From IMG/VR virus record IMGVR_UViG_2843255297_000002, positions 2,560-66,559 of that record: a stretch of 64,000 bases of DNA, one strand, 5' to 3'. The first letter of the stretch is position 1. Every line of letters begins with the position of its first letter. This DNA is from a virus. Below the pieces are notes generated by a model, which saw nothing but the letters and a program-made list of their open reading frames with translations, searched no databases and had not been told where the DNA came from. The position numbers were made by a program, and so were the translations under genes. Shown piece by piece: positions 19,157 to 27,787 of the stretch.

Positions 19157-19813
19157 ATGAGAATGAAAATTGTCAACCCTCTCGGCGAGGAACTATTTGA
19201 AAGCATTGTGGAGGTGATTCGCAAGGCTGAAAAGGGACTGGACAGCATTGACAACTATTATGACGAGCTGGCTCAAGGAACTTGTGGCACAGTTTACGCA
19301 ATCAATGAGGAACTAGTTCTCAAAGTTAATGACCTAGTTTACTCACTCAAATATGTAAATGACCACATTGTCCTTGAAAGTTTGCAAGGTTTACCTTTCG
19401 TCCCTACTCTTTACGCTTACACTCCAGATGGAAAATACTTAATTATTCAACGTATTAAAGGTTTAACATTGTGTGAGCTCGGACTCAACAGCAACCCTTA
19501 CCAGTTTAACTACGAGGAGCTAAAACAACAATTCAAAGAGTTTGTTGCTGGCTGTCTCGAGCGAGGCTGGATTCCAAACGACCTCCATGCTGGCAACGTT
19601 ATGGTTTGCCCTCAAGGGGTCTATGTAGTTGACTATGGCTTTTTCAAACGTTGCGACAACCCAGCGAGAATGAACTCATACCGCCGCCAGAGCATGGAGT
19701 GTGAGCTAGACTATCTCGAGGAAATGCTTGAGCGAGTTAGCGCAGACTATAACAGCTCTCGCAAAAAGAGTATAACAGTTAATTTTTTATCCCTGTCAGT
19801 ATTACCGCAGTAA
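19157..19813 (+). CDS. Eukaryote-like Ser/Thr protein kinase
   Basis: LAQGTCGTVY Gly-loop, VLKV, NDLHAGNVM catalytic loop, VDYG; AAGGAGG SD before ATG 19157. Confidence 0.88.
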   Translation: MRMKIVNPLGEELFESIVEVIRKAEKGLDSIDNYYDELAQGTCGTVYAINEELVLKVNDLVYSLKYVNDHIVLESLQGLPFVPTLYAYTPDGKYLIIQRIKGLTLCELGLNSNPYQFNYEELKQQFKEFVAGCLERGWIPNDLHAGNVMVCPQGVYVVDYGFFKRCDNPARMNSYRRQSMECELDYLEEMLERVSADYNSSRKKSITVNFLSLSVLPQ

Positions 19814-19873
19814 AACTATATTAATATAAAGGGGTGAAAACCATGATGGAAGGCAAAAAAACATTTTTCTCAA

Positions 19874-20233
19874 ATGACCGAGCTCGAAAGGGAGTTTCTT
19901 TTAAGAGAGTTTTTCAAAATTCCCCTTCAAGAGTGGAGCTTTACCGACTACTCCCTTAAACGCTTCAAGCAAAGAGGAATTGACCCAGTCCATTTCTTAA
20001 CCCTCTGGAAAAACCCTTCACTCATTGAGTACCACCGCAAAAGCGGAACAAACCGCATTCTCTTGAGAAGTAATATTCCTCGCAAAGGTTATGAGGTTTG
20101 TGCTGTTTTTGACCTCACTAACATAAAAATCGTCACTGTTTGGCTCAACTGGGTCGGTAATAAACACCAAAACCTCGTTATTGAGGCTTACAGCTTCAAA
20201 GATGACATCATGGAGGTGTTTCACAGTGCTTAA
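19874..20233 (+). CDS. DUF4258/RelE-like fold hypothetical protein
   Basis: FTDYSLKRFKQRGI...VCAVFD..KIVTVW pattern. Confidence 0.5.
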   Translation: MTELEREFLLREFFKIPLQEWSFTDYSLKRFKQRGIDPVHFLTLWKNPSLIEYHRKSGTNRILLRSNIPRKGYEVCAVFDLTNIKIVTVWLNWVGNKHQNLVIEAYSFKDDIMEVFHSA

Positions 20234-20417
20234 AGTTGGCTATCGTGTGAAATGCAAGTCCTTCCTGTTTAGTGGAACTGGGAAGGTCGTTTATATCGAC
20301 CCCACCCTTATCCATGCTCCACACCTCTACCCTATTCAAGTTGAACTCGATGAGCCAGACCAAGATGGTCACAAAATAAAACGATTCAACTTTGAGGAGG
20401 TTGAAGTCATTGAATAA
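20226..20417 (+). CDS. Small hypothetical protein (SH3/KOW-like)
   Basis: GGAGGTG SD and GTG 20226; LKVGYRVK..GTGKVVYI. Confidence 0.6.
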   Translation: MLKVGYRVKCKSFLFSGTGKVVYIDPTLIHAPHLYPIQVELDEPDQDGHKIKRFNFEEVEVIE

Positions 20418-20640
20418 ACTACACTTACATGTAGACAGCACAAAGAAAAAGCGCAAAGGTCAACTCTGGTGTCCTTATTGTGGCGAGTGGACATATTTCA
20501 AGATGTTTCGCAAGCTACGCTTCTTCCCTTTCCAGTCCACCTATAGACGTTGTGTAAAATGTGGCATTTCCGTGGAGGACTTCTGGGTAAAAACCGTCAA
20601 TAAGCTCTGGAGCTTTGGAGTCAACTCGAGGCGCAAATAA
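20392..20640 (+). CDS. Zinc-ribbon protein
   Basis: WCPYCG ... RCVKCG; followed by a terminator at 20660-20682. Confidence 0.65.
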   Translation: MRRLKSLNKLHLHVDSTKKKRKGQLWCPYCGEWTYFKMFRKLRFFPFQSTYRRCVKCGISVEDFWVKTVNKLWSFGVNSRRK

Positions 20641-20842
20641 CCCTCTCCCCTACCCTTTTGAGCCCTTCGTGGGCTCTTTTTTATTACTGGAGCATTACTC
20701 TGGAATTAAACACGCTCTCTGAGCCCCGAGAAGGGGTCTCTGAGCCTCGTTTGAGGGGTGGCTAGTATGATAACACCCCCAAACTCAAATTGGGGCATTT
20801 CTGAGGTTCTGAGGGGCATTCTCGCAAAATGACAAAAAGGTA

Positions 20843-20871
20843 TTGACACCTCGGTATTACCATGGTATTAT
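20843..20871 (+). promoter_or_regulatory. SigA-type early promoter with operator
   Basis: TTGACA-17bp-TATTAT with GTATTACCATGGTATTAT. Confidence 0.75.
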
Positions 20872-20916
20872 TAAGGTGTAACCAAGGGAAAACACTAAAA
20901 AGGGAGTTGGTGAGAA

Positions 20917-21288
20917 ATGTTCATCTTCAAAGGCGAAATCAAAATAGGTCAACGAGTCAAGGTCTACAAAAATCTTCACAAGAAATGCTACTCCATCGTT
21001 GACGCTAAGACAGGGCGAGTGGTGGCATACGCTGACGAGGTGCTCCTCAGAGACGCAACCTTTAAGGTCAGCGAAAAAGGTCGCCAGCGAGTTCTCAGAG
21101 AGAAACGCAAAAACGTTCACGCTTATGTAGTTGGAACCTTTGCTCTCACCTATCCAGTTGAAACGCTATTCAAGAAAGTCACATACAACCCTTACAAAGC
21201 TGGTTACTTCTACAACGTTGAAACTGGCGAGCCAGTTGAAAGCTCGAAAGTCGTTCACCTCGGGAAAGACGGTGTTTATTACCTGTGA
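20917..21288 (+). CDS. Phage protein of unknown function
   Basis: VYKNLHKKCYS..GRQRVLREKRKNVHA pattern that I recall from unannotated phage early proteins; good SD. Confidence 0.75.
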   Translation: MFIFKGEIKIGQRVKVYKNLHKKCYSIVDAKTGRVVAYADEVLLRDATFKVSEKGRQRVLREKRKNVHAYVVGTFALTYPVETLFKKVTYNPYKAGYFYNVETGEPVESSKVVHLGKDGVYYL

Positions 21289-21358
21289 GTATGACTACAG
21301 TAAGACTGGGCTGGTACTAAGCCAGCCCTTCCAAAAACAAGGTTGGAGGTTGTAAGCT

Positions 21359-21667
21359 ATGAAAACAATGACATTCAGCGAGTTCAAAAAGAAAGTTCTC
21401 AGTGATAAACACACTAAAGAGTACAAACTATGTCCTTGGAACACACAAGAGGAATTAATGCAACGTGTTCTAGTAGAAAGCCCAAAGGTTGACTCCCTCA
21501 CGATAGTAACATACAAACGAAAAAAGGTTTGTCTTGTTATTCCAAGCATTGACCAACTCGCAAGATATGACCAAGAGGTTACAGGCTTTCTTGGTGTCAT
21601 TCCAACGTACTACACTGTGAGAGAGTTTGATACCAACAAATATGTTGCAACTGTAAGGCTGGACTGA
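21359..21667 (+). CDS. Hypothetical protein
   Basis: GGAGG SD and ATG. Confidence 0.7.
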   Translation: MKTMTFSEFKKKVLSDKHTKEYKLCPWNTQEELMQRVLVESPKVDSLTIVTYKRKKVCLVIPSIDQLARYDQEVTGFLGVIPTYYTVREFDTNKYVATVRLD

Positions 21668-21686
21668 AAAAGTCCAGCTTTTTGTA

Positions 21687-21715
21687 TTGACTTTTTGGTA
21701 TTACTGTAGTATTAT
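21687..21715 (+). promoter_or_regulatory. SigA-type early promoter with operator
   Basis: TTGACT-17bp-TATTAT with GTATTACTGTAGTATTAT. Confidence 0.75.
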
Positions 21716-21758
21716 TTAAGTGTAACCAAGGAAATAAACTTGAAAGGGAGTTGATAAA

Positions 21759-22019
21759 ATGAACGCTATCAGAGAAAAAATTCAAGTCACAATTGAGTCT
21801 TTGCAAGACGAACTTGTCAATCTCGAGCCTTCCCTACCGATTGACGAAAAAATCTTTGACGTTCGCCTCTTGAGGGCAGAAGCCTCAGCGATTAAGTTTA
21901 TTATCACTGGAGTTGAAGGCTACGAGAAAGAGCGCCAGCAACTCAAGGCGATTATTGCAGAGTGTAACAGAGTATTAGATAATTTATATCTAGCTCGAGG
22001 TGAGAAAAATGGTCGATAA
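21759..22019 (+). CDS. Hypothetical protein
   Basis: AAGGGAG SD and ATG. Confidence 0.7.
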   Translation: MNAIREKIQVTIESLQDELVNLEPSLPIDEKIFDVRLLRAEASAIKFIITGVEGYEKERQQLKAIIAECNRVLDNLYLARGEKNGR

Positions 22020-22215
22020 ACTCATTGAATACTTAGAGGCTCGCAAAATGACAATAACAAAGTTATTGGTTGACGCAAAGTCAGACAGAGACAGAGAACT
22101 ATGTGAGTGTGCTATAAGAATGCTTGACAGTATCATTCGTGACGCTCGAGAGGGAAAAATAATTAACCCTCACGAAGAACTCATTCCAGACCGACAAGGC
22201 AGAGAGTTAATCTAA
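22000..22215 (+). CDS. Hypothetical protein
   Basis: GAGGTG SD; followed by a terminator at 22222-22250. Confidence 0.65.
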   Translation: MRKMVDKLIEYLEARKMTITKLLVDAKSDRDRELCECAIRMLDSIIRDAREGKIINPHEELIPDRQGRELI

Positions 22216-22295
22216 CTCAGTGGGCTCCTCGCAAGGGAGCCCTTTTTATTTTACATTTTTGTTACAAATACTGAAAAACGACTCAAAAGTGGACT

Positions 22296-22332
22296 AAAAG
22301 TGTAACCTCCTACTGATATATATTTAGTGAGA
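22296..22332 (+). promoter_or_regulatory. Candidate late promoter, copy 1
   Basis: 34/37 identical to 30442-30478; precedes the packaging operon. Confidence 0.6.
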
Positions 22333-22339
22333 AGAACTT

Positions 22340-22590
22340 TAGAGGGTAACTAAGAAAGTAATACTATATTAGCTCACTAAATAGTTTATAAATAAATAAA
22401 TATAAATAAATAAACTAATAAGAGTGCACTAAATAGTTACTAACTCAGTAAATAAAAACAAAAACATAAATAAATAAACTTACTGAGTAGAACTAATAAG
22501 AGTAAACTAAATAGTTACCCTCTAAGAAACATAAATAAAAATAAAAACATAACCGAGATAGAACTAAAATAATTACCTCTGAGTAGTAAC
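22340..22590. repeat. AT-rich region with ACTAAATAGTT repeats (origin-like)
   Basis: ACTAAATAGTT at ~22376, 22428, 22506, separated by AATA/AAAC tracts. Confidence 0.55.
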
Positions 22591-22716
22591 CTCTCCCAGT
22601 GTTTAAACCCTAGGAAAGTAATTACACGAGTCGGATAAGCTAGGACAGTTTCACTGGCGAGGTGGTTATTACTGGAGTAAAACTACAAGCTGTTAGACAG
22701 CAGGAGTCGAAGCACA

Positions 22717-23202
22717 TTGATAAGCCTTCTACACCGTATCACTCGAGAGGGTGATAAGTGGAGAGTTGACTATAGATTGTTTAACTCTCGAGAGGAAGCT
22801 CTTGAGTATCTCAAAAAACAACGACCGAGCCAGTTTAAGTTTTACAGTGAAAAACTCAAGCGTGGCTTTCGGAGCAACTGGGAGGTGGAACTTACTGAGC
22901 TTCTCGCTGAGTTGGGTATTGAGTTTCTTTATGAACCAAAGAGATTTCACTTTCGAGCTGAACGAGAAAGCTATCTCCCAGACTTCTACCTCCCAGAGTT
23001 TAACTGTTGGATTGAAGTTAAGGGCTATATGGATAAGCGAAGCCTGAGAAGAATAAAGCTCTTTAGGAAGTATTATGGCAAAGATTACGCTTTTATCCTC
23101 TACGAGAAGGAAGAACGTGAGCTCATTCTTAGAGACCCCTCGATATTGTTTGTTCTCCTCGAGGTGGCACAACGTGAGCTTGAACGGAGGCGACGAAAAT
23201 GA
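22717..23202 (+). CDS. PD-(D/E)XK endonuclease (endonuclease I-like)
   Basis: FRSNWE..YEP..YLPDFYL..WIEVKG. Confidence 0.8.
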   Translation: MISLLHRITREGDKWRVDYRLFNSREEALEYLKKQRPSQFKFYSEKLKRGFRSNWEVELTELLAELGIEFLYEPKRFHFRAERESYLPDFYLPEFNCWIEVKGYMDKRSLRRIKLFRKYYGKDYAFILYEKEERELILRDPSILFVLLEVAQRELERRRRK

Positions 23203-23393
23203 TTCAGTGTGAGAAATGCCATAAAGTGCTCCTCACCATACAGCAAAGCTCTGAGTTGTATGTTAGAGGGGAGATTCAACTCGTGGTATTGTGCCAAGAC
23301 TGTCAGCATGTGAACTATATTAGCTTGTTTGAGTATGGAGGTCATAGACGTGATACTCGTGAGGTGTTTAAGGTACAAGGTGCAAGATGGTAA
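23199..23393 (+). CDS. Small zinc-ribbon protein
   Basis: CEKC...CQDC; ATGA overlap with the upstream gene. Confidence 0.55.
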   Translation: MIQCEKCHKVLLTIQQSSELYVRGEIQLVVLCQDCQHVNYISLFEYGGHRRDTREVFKVQGARW

Positions 23394-23532
23394 ACATGTC
23401 TTTCGTAAGGGAGACCTTTATAGAGCTACTGTCAGTGGTGATAGCGTGGAAGTGATTAACCACTATGGGATGACAATAAGACTCTCTCTGAGGGAGTTCA
23501 ACCATTACTTTATTGTCGTGAGTCAACTCTAA
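23329..23532 (+). CDS. Hypothetical protein
   Basis: ORF continuing the operon; GGAGG SD before an internal GTG. Confidence 0.5.
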   Translation: MSMEVIDVILVRCLRYKVQDGKHVFRKGDLYRATVSGDSVEVINHYGMTIRLSLREFNHYFIVVSQL

Positions 23533-23740
23533 AATTTTTGGTTGAAATTTGCCTCGCGAGGTGGAATTTGAGTAGTTTTCCGTCTCGTGGGGTGATTGCT
23601 TGAGAGGTCTTGTCTCTCGAGGTCTCTCGAGGTGTTTATTTGAGTTGCTTCTCTGTTTAACCCTCCCCTCGACGAGGCGACTTGCCCTCATGTAGAGTCC
23701 AGCACTGAGAAAAATTTTCACTTGCGAGGTGATTCACTCA

Positions 23741-24484
23741 ATGAGCAACAAAGACCTTGAAGTTGCAAAACAACTGAGAACGAAAATTTTGAAGGAAGTC
23801 GATGAAATTAATAACATGAAATACACCAAAAGCAGAAAGAAGCGAGCAGAAGCCTTGAGAAAGCAACTCAAAAAGATTGACGTTATTTGCGGAGCTATCG
23901 ACAGAAGCACAGGAAAGATTTGCACAAACCCTCCATATGTCAAAGAAGATGGCTCCACTAATGGCAGATGTTTAGCTCATGGAGGTAACTCTACTGGAGC
24001 TGTCACTGAGGAGGGACGCAAAAAAGCTCTCTCCAAGCTAAACCCTCGAGCTAGACTCGTACATGGTCTATACGCTCGCTTTGTCATGACTCAAGAGGAG
24101 CTCGAGTTCTACACGATGATGATGAACCACTACATTGAGGTGCTCGACCTCGACCCTGCTAACGTCCTCCTCCTAGACAGAGCCCTCCGCAACTTCATTC
24201 TCAACCAGCGCAAAGAGATTGCAGAAGCATACGAGATAGTTGACGAGAGTCAAAGCTACAACGACTATGATTCCAAGTTTCTCCGCTACATGCAAGCTCT
24301 AGCTCTTGACAGACGCTTCAAAGAGAGCAAGGATAACAAGGACAACACAGCTATGATTGACCTTGCAGTGCTCCTCTCTCAAGCTCCAGCTCCAGAGCGC
24401 AAAACTATTGAGCAAACTCCACAAGAACTGGAAGGAGAGCGCAGAGCAGATAGTATTGAGCACACAAACAACACTGAGGAATGA
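23741..24484 (+). CDS. Terminase small subunit-like protein (HGGxSTG domain)
   Basis: CGA..C..GRCLAHGGNSTG..VHGLY; position upstream of terL. Confidence 0.75.
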   Translation: MSNKDLEVAKQLRTKILKEVDEINNMKYTKSRKKRAEALRKQLKKIDVICGAIDRSTGKICTNPPYVKEDGSTNGRCLAHGGNSTGAVTEEGRKKALSKLNPRARLVHGLYARFVMTQEELEFYTMMMNHYIEVLDLDPANVLLLDRALRNFILNQRKEIAEAYEIVDESQSYNDYDSKFLRYMQALALDRRFKESKDNKDNTAMIDLAVLLSQAPAPERKTIEQTPQELEGERRADSIEHTNNTEE

Positions 24485-24806
24485 CCATGGACTCACTGAG
24501 GAGCGCCCTCTGAGGCTCTCTAATGGGTCATTCTGAGGTGCTACTGAGGAGGGCAATACGATAATACCCCTCACCTTAAAGCCCCTTTCTCGAGGCTCTG
24601 AGGGGCTCACACTGGCGAGCTTGCTCGAGGAGGTCACTCTCGAGGGCTGGCTCGCAAGAGCCTCGAAAATTCTGAGGGGTGGGGGGTCTTTCACACACAC
24701 ATTGTGACATTTTTACAAATAATATTTTCCTTTAAGGAATTTTCCCCTCACGAGGTGCTCTCCTCACCAGCCTTCCCTCACAAATTCCCCCTCTGGAGGT
24801 GAAAAT

Positions 24807-26483
24807 GTGCTACCAATCAGTCAACTCAACGAGTTAAAACGCAAACTCCAAGACCCTATTGAGTTCACCACTATCACGGGAACAATCAAAGGGAAACCTT
24901 TTAGCTTTGAAGGGAGAAACCACTTACTCGATGTTTACCGAGACCCTCACCCTCGCATAGTTATCGTTGCAGGACGACAAGTTGAAAAGTCCGAGACGGT
25001 TTGCAGAAAGCTCCTCTATCACCTCTACACAAGACCCCACACAACAATAACCTACACAGCTCCTCGTAATGAGCAAGTCACTCGCTTTGTGAATGACCGC
25101 TTTAGAAAAGCCATAGCAGAGTCCAAAGGAAAATTACTCGAGCACTCCGTTGACAAGAAGCGTGACGCTAAAACAGCCATTGGCTTCTCCAACTCGAGTA
25201 TTGTCTACTTTGGCTCAGCATGGTCTGATGGAGACGCTCTCCGAGGTATCTCTGGAGATATGGTGTTCTTTGACGAGGTGCAAGATATAACTCAAACAGC
25301 GATTGAAGCTATTGAGAAGTCTGTCTCCCACTCGGAGATAAGAGATAACGAACTCGAGATTAATGGACGCTGTTTCTACACAGGGACACCTAAACAAGCT
25401 GGCTCCTACTACCACAGAGTGCTCTGGGGACAGTCAGACCAAAAGAAGTGGCAAGTCACTTGTGTTCATTGTGGTCACGAGCAGTTTCTCTCCATGAACA
25501 ACATCATGGTTGAGAACGAAGGAACCGACAAAGAGCGCAGATACTTTGGCTGTCTCGAATGTGGAGGCGAGCTGGATAGAACTAACGGAAGATGGGTGCC
25601 AACGAAACCACAAAACAAGTTCTACTCTGGCTATTTATTCTCCCAGCTCAACATGCCATGGATTTCAGCCAATCAAATATGGCGAGATTATATGACCATG
25701 GACGCTATGACATTCGCCAATGAGGTACTTGGTGAGTTCTACTCTGGTAGCGAGCAACCAGTCTCCATTGAGGACGTTCTCGCTTGCACAGACAGAAACC
25801 TTGCTCTCAAAACTAGCTCGACCATTCCAACTGTCATGGGTATTGACTATGGCTCTGGAGGCAAGTCGAAAACGATTATTCACATTGGACACCGAGAAGT
25901 TATTGGTGGCAAGCGCAAGCTCGTTATCGACTACATTGAAAACTGCAAGATTGACAACCATGAGGAGCTTGTTGCTCACATTGTCAAACTCGCTGACCGT
26001 TTCAACGTTGAGAAGATTGTTGGAGACATTGGTTATGGCTCCTATGAAGCTCAAAAGCTCTTTGAGATTTTTGGACGAATGGCAATAGCTTGCAGATATG
26101 TCACTTACCAAACTGACCCTAAGAAGCGTGAATACAAGGGAGAATACACTCTCCAAGTTGACCGTACTTACTCCATGGACTGCCTCATTGAGATGTTTAA
26201 GCGCAGAGAGATTGTCATTCCTTACAAGGAACCAGAAAAAGTTGAACCATTCTTTGACCACTATACAGCCCTCGAGTTGAAATTCTCCGAGTCTACAACC
26301 TCCACAGGTCGCAAACTTTACGACCACACTACCCCAGATGACGCATTCCACAGCTTGAACTACGTGAGAGAAGGACTCTACGAGGTCGAAAACCGTTTTG
26401 AGTGGGCTGGAGTCGAACGTGAGGACTTTAATAGCCGCATTTTTGACGACATTGACGAGCTACCTAGCGAGAATGACTGGTAA
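24807..26483 (+). CDS. terL: Terminase large subunit (lambda GpA-like)
   Basis: GRQVEKSE Walker A variant, VFFDE Walker B, GTP coupling motif, CxxC..CxxC, MGIDYG nuclease motif, PDDAFH. Confidence 0.92.
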   Translation: MLPISQLNELKRKLQDPIEFTTITGTIKGKPFSFEGRNHLLDVYRDPHPRIVIVAGRQVEKSETVCRKLLYHLYTRPHTTITYTAPRNEQVTRFVNDRFRKAIAESKGKLLEHSVDKKRDAKTAIGFSNSSIVYFGSAWSDGDALRGISGDMVFFDEVQDITQTAIEAIEKSVSHSEIRDNELEINGRCFYTGTPKQAGSYYHRVLWGQSDQKKWQVTCVHCGHEQFLSMNNIMVENEGTDKERRYFGCLECGGELDRTNGRWVPTKPQNKFYSGYLFSQLNMPWISANQIWRDYMTMDAMTFANEVLGEFYSGSEQPVSIEDVLACTDRNLALKTSSTIPTVMGIDYGSGGKSKTIIHIGHREVIGGKRKLVIDYIENCKIDNHEELVAHIVKLADRFNVEKIVGDIGYGSYEAQKLFEIFGRMAIACRYVTYQTDPKKREYKGEYTLQVDRTYSMDCLIEMFKRREIVIPYKEPEKVEPFFDHYTALELKFSESTTSTGRKLYDHTTPDDAFHSLNYVREGLYEVENRFEWAGVEREDFNSRIFDDIDELPSENDW

Positions 26484-26515
26484 AATAAAAACTTTTGACA
26501 ATGGAGGGAAAGCCA

Positions 26516-27787
26516 ATGGGTTTATTTGATAAAATTCGTCAACGCTTACCTTGGAGCACATACGCTCAAAAGGAACAAGAACTTCTCGAGGTCGCTAGAG
26601 AGCTTTTTGGTGAGGTAGGTATTTACAAGGACGACACTTATGAGCGCCCAGACCAAGAAGATTTCAACCCTAGCGACTTCACTTTTGAGGTTTACGACAA
26701 AATGCTCAAGGACGGTCAAGTCAAAGCTGGGCTTGATATGATTAAGCTTTCAGCGACATCTCGAGGCTTCACTGTTACAGGGGACGACCCAGAGACGAGA
26801 AAATATGCTGACTTCATTAACCAAAACTTTGAAATGCTTCAAGGCAACCTCGAGGACACAATTGCTGAAATGCTTTCAGCCCTAGAGTATGGCTTCTCTT
26901 GCACAGAGAAGGTCTTTGAGTACAAAGACGGAAAAATTATGCTTAAAAAGCTCAAAGTCCTTGACCCTCATACGATTTCCGTCAAAACTAACAAGTTTGG
27001 TGACATTGAGTATGTCATTCAGCGAGTTGGCTCTAAAGAGATTAAGATTCCTCGTAATAAAATTATTTGGTACGCATATGACAAACGCTTTGGGAACTTA
27101 TATGGCAACTCTATTCTCCGCAACGTTTATAAACACTGGTACATTAAAGACAAAATGTACCGTTTCGCAAACATAGCATATGAGCGTTATGGAACTCCGT
27201 TACTCATTGGGAAAGTCCAAGACGCTCGAGACGTGAACAAAATGACAAAGCTCCTCGAGAAGATTAATGCCATGACTGGCTTGGCTATCTCTGGGGGAGA
27301 CGACATTAAAGCGATTCAAGGCTCAAATGCTGACTTTATTGGCTACATTGAACACCATGACCGCAAAATTATGGAGGCTATGTTAGTCCCTCCAATGCTT
27401 CTGGGTCTCTCTCGTGGGCAGTCTGGCTCTTATGCCCTCACTGGGAACCAGTTTGACATTTTCATGATTCGCTTGGAAGCCCTCCAACGTGACCTCAAGA
27501 GCCTCATTGAGGAGGAAATTATTCGCCCTCTCATTGACTTAAACTTTCCGAACGTTAAAGCATACCCTGCTTTCAACTTCAAACCACTTGCCAATGAGGA
27601 CATTGAGAAAATGGCTCGTGTGTTCAACATGATGATTCAAGCTCAAGTTATTGCTCCAACTGAGGAGTGGATTCGTGAGGAGCTTGGTTTCCCTGTTGCC
27701 CCTCGAAAACTCGAAGGAGAACAACCAGACGAGGAAGAACAACCAGAGGAGCAACCTCAAGAGGGGGAGAACTCGGAGGGAAAGTAA
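26516..27787 (+). CDS. Portal protein (Mu gp29/DUF935-like)
   Basis: ALEYGFSCTEKV, NLYGNSILR, ERYGTP, GSYAL, IIRPLIDLNF motifs; follows terL. Confidence 0.92.
   Translation: MGLFDKIRQRLPWSTYAQKEQELLEVARELFGEVGIYKDDTYERPDQEDFNPSDFTFEVYDKMLKDGQVKAGLDMIKLSATSRGFTVTGDDPETRKYADFINQNFEMLQGNLEDTIAEMLSALEYGFSCTEKVFEYKDGKIMLKKLKVLDPHTISVKTNKFGDIEYVIQRVGSKEIKIPRNKIIWYAYDKRFGNLYGNSILRNVYKHWYIKDKMYRFANIAYERYGTPLLIGKVQDARDVNKMTKLLEKINAMTGLAISGGDDIKAIQGSNADFIGYIEHHDRKIMEAMLVPPMLLGLSRGQSGSYALTGNQFDIFMIRLEALQRDLKSLIEEEIIRPLIDLNFPNVKAYPAFNFKPLANEDIEKMARVFNMMIQAQVIAPTEEWIREELGFPVAPRKLEGEQPDEEEQPEEQPQEGENSEGK
27778..27784 (+). promoter_or_regulatory. Predicted -1 ribosomal frameshift site G GGA AAG at the portal stop
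   Basis: In-frame X XXY YYZ heptamer immediately before TAA; AGGGGG 10 nt upstream; 14-bp stem 27790-27803/27900-27913 downstream. Confidence 0.7.

Noticed and set aside
25665..26351. Long antisense ORFs inside phage genes (also 48836-49669, 37974-38501, 60444-60953 and others)
   Set aside because: Shadow frames of well-supported + strand genes; no SD or domain signal
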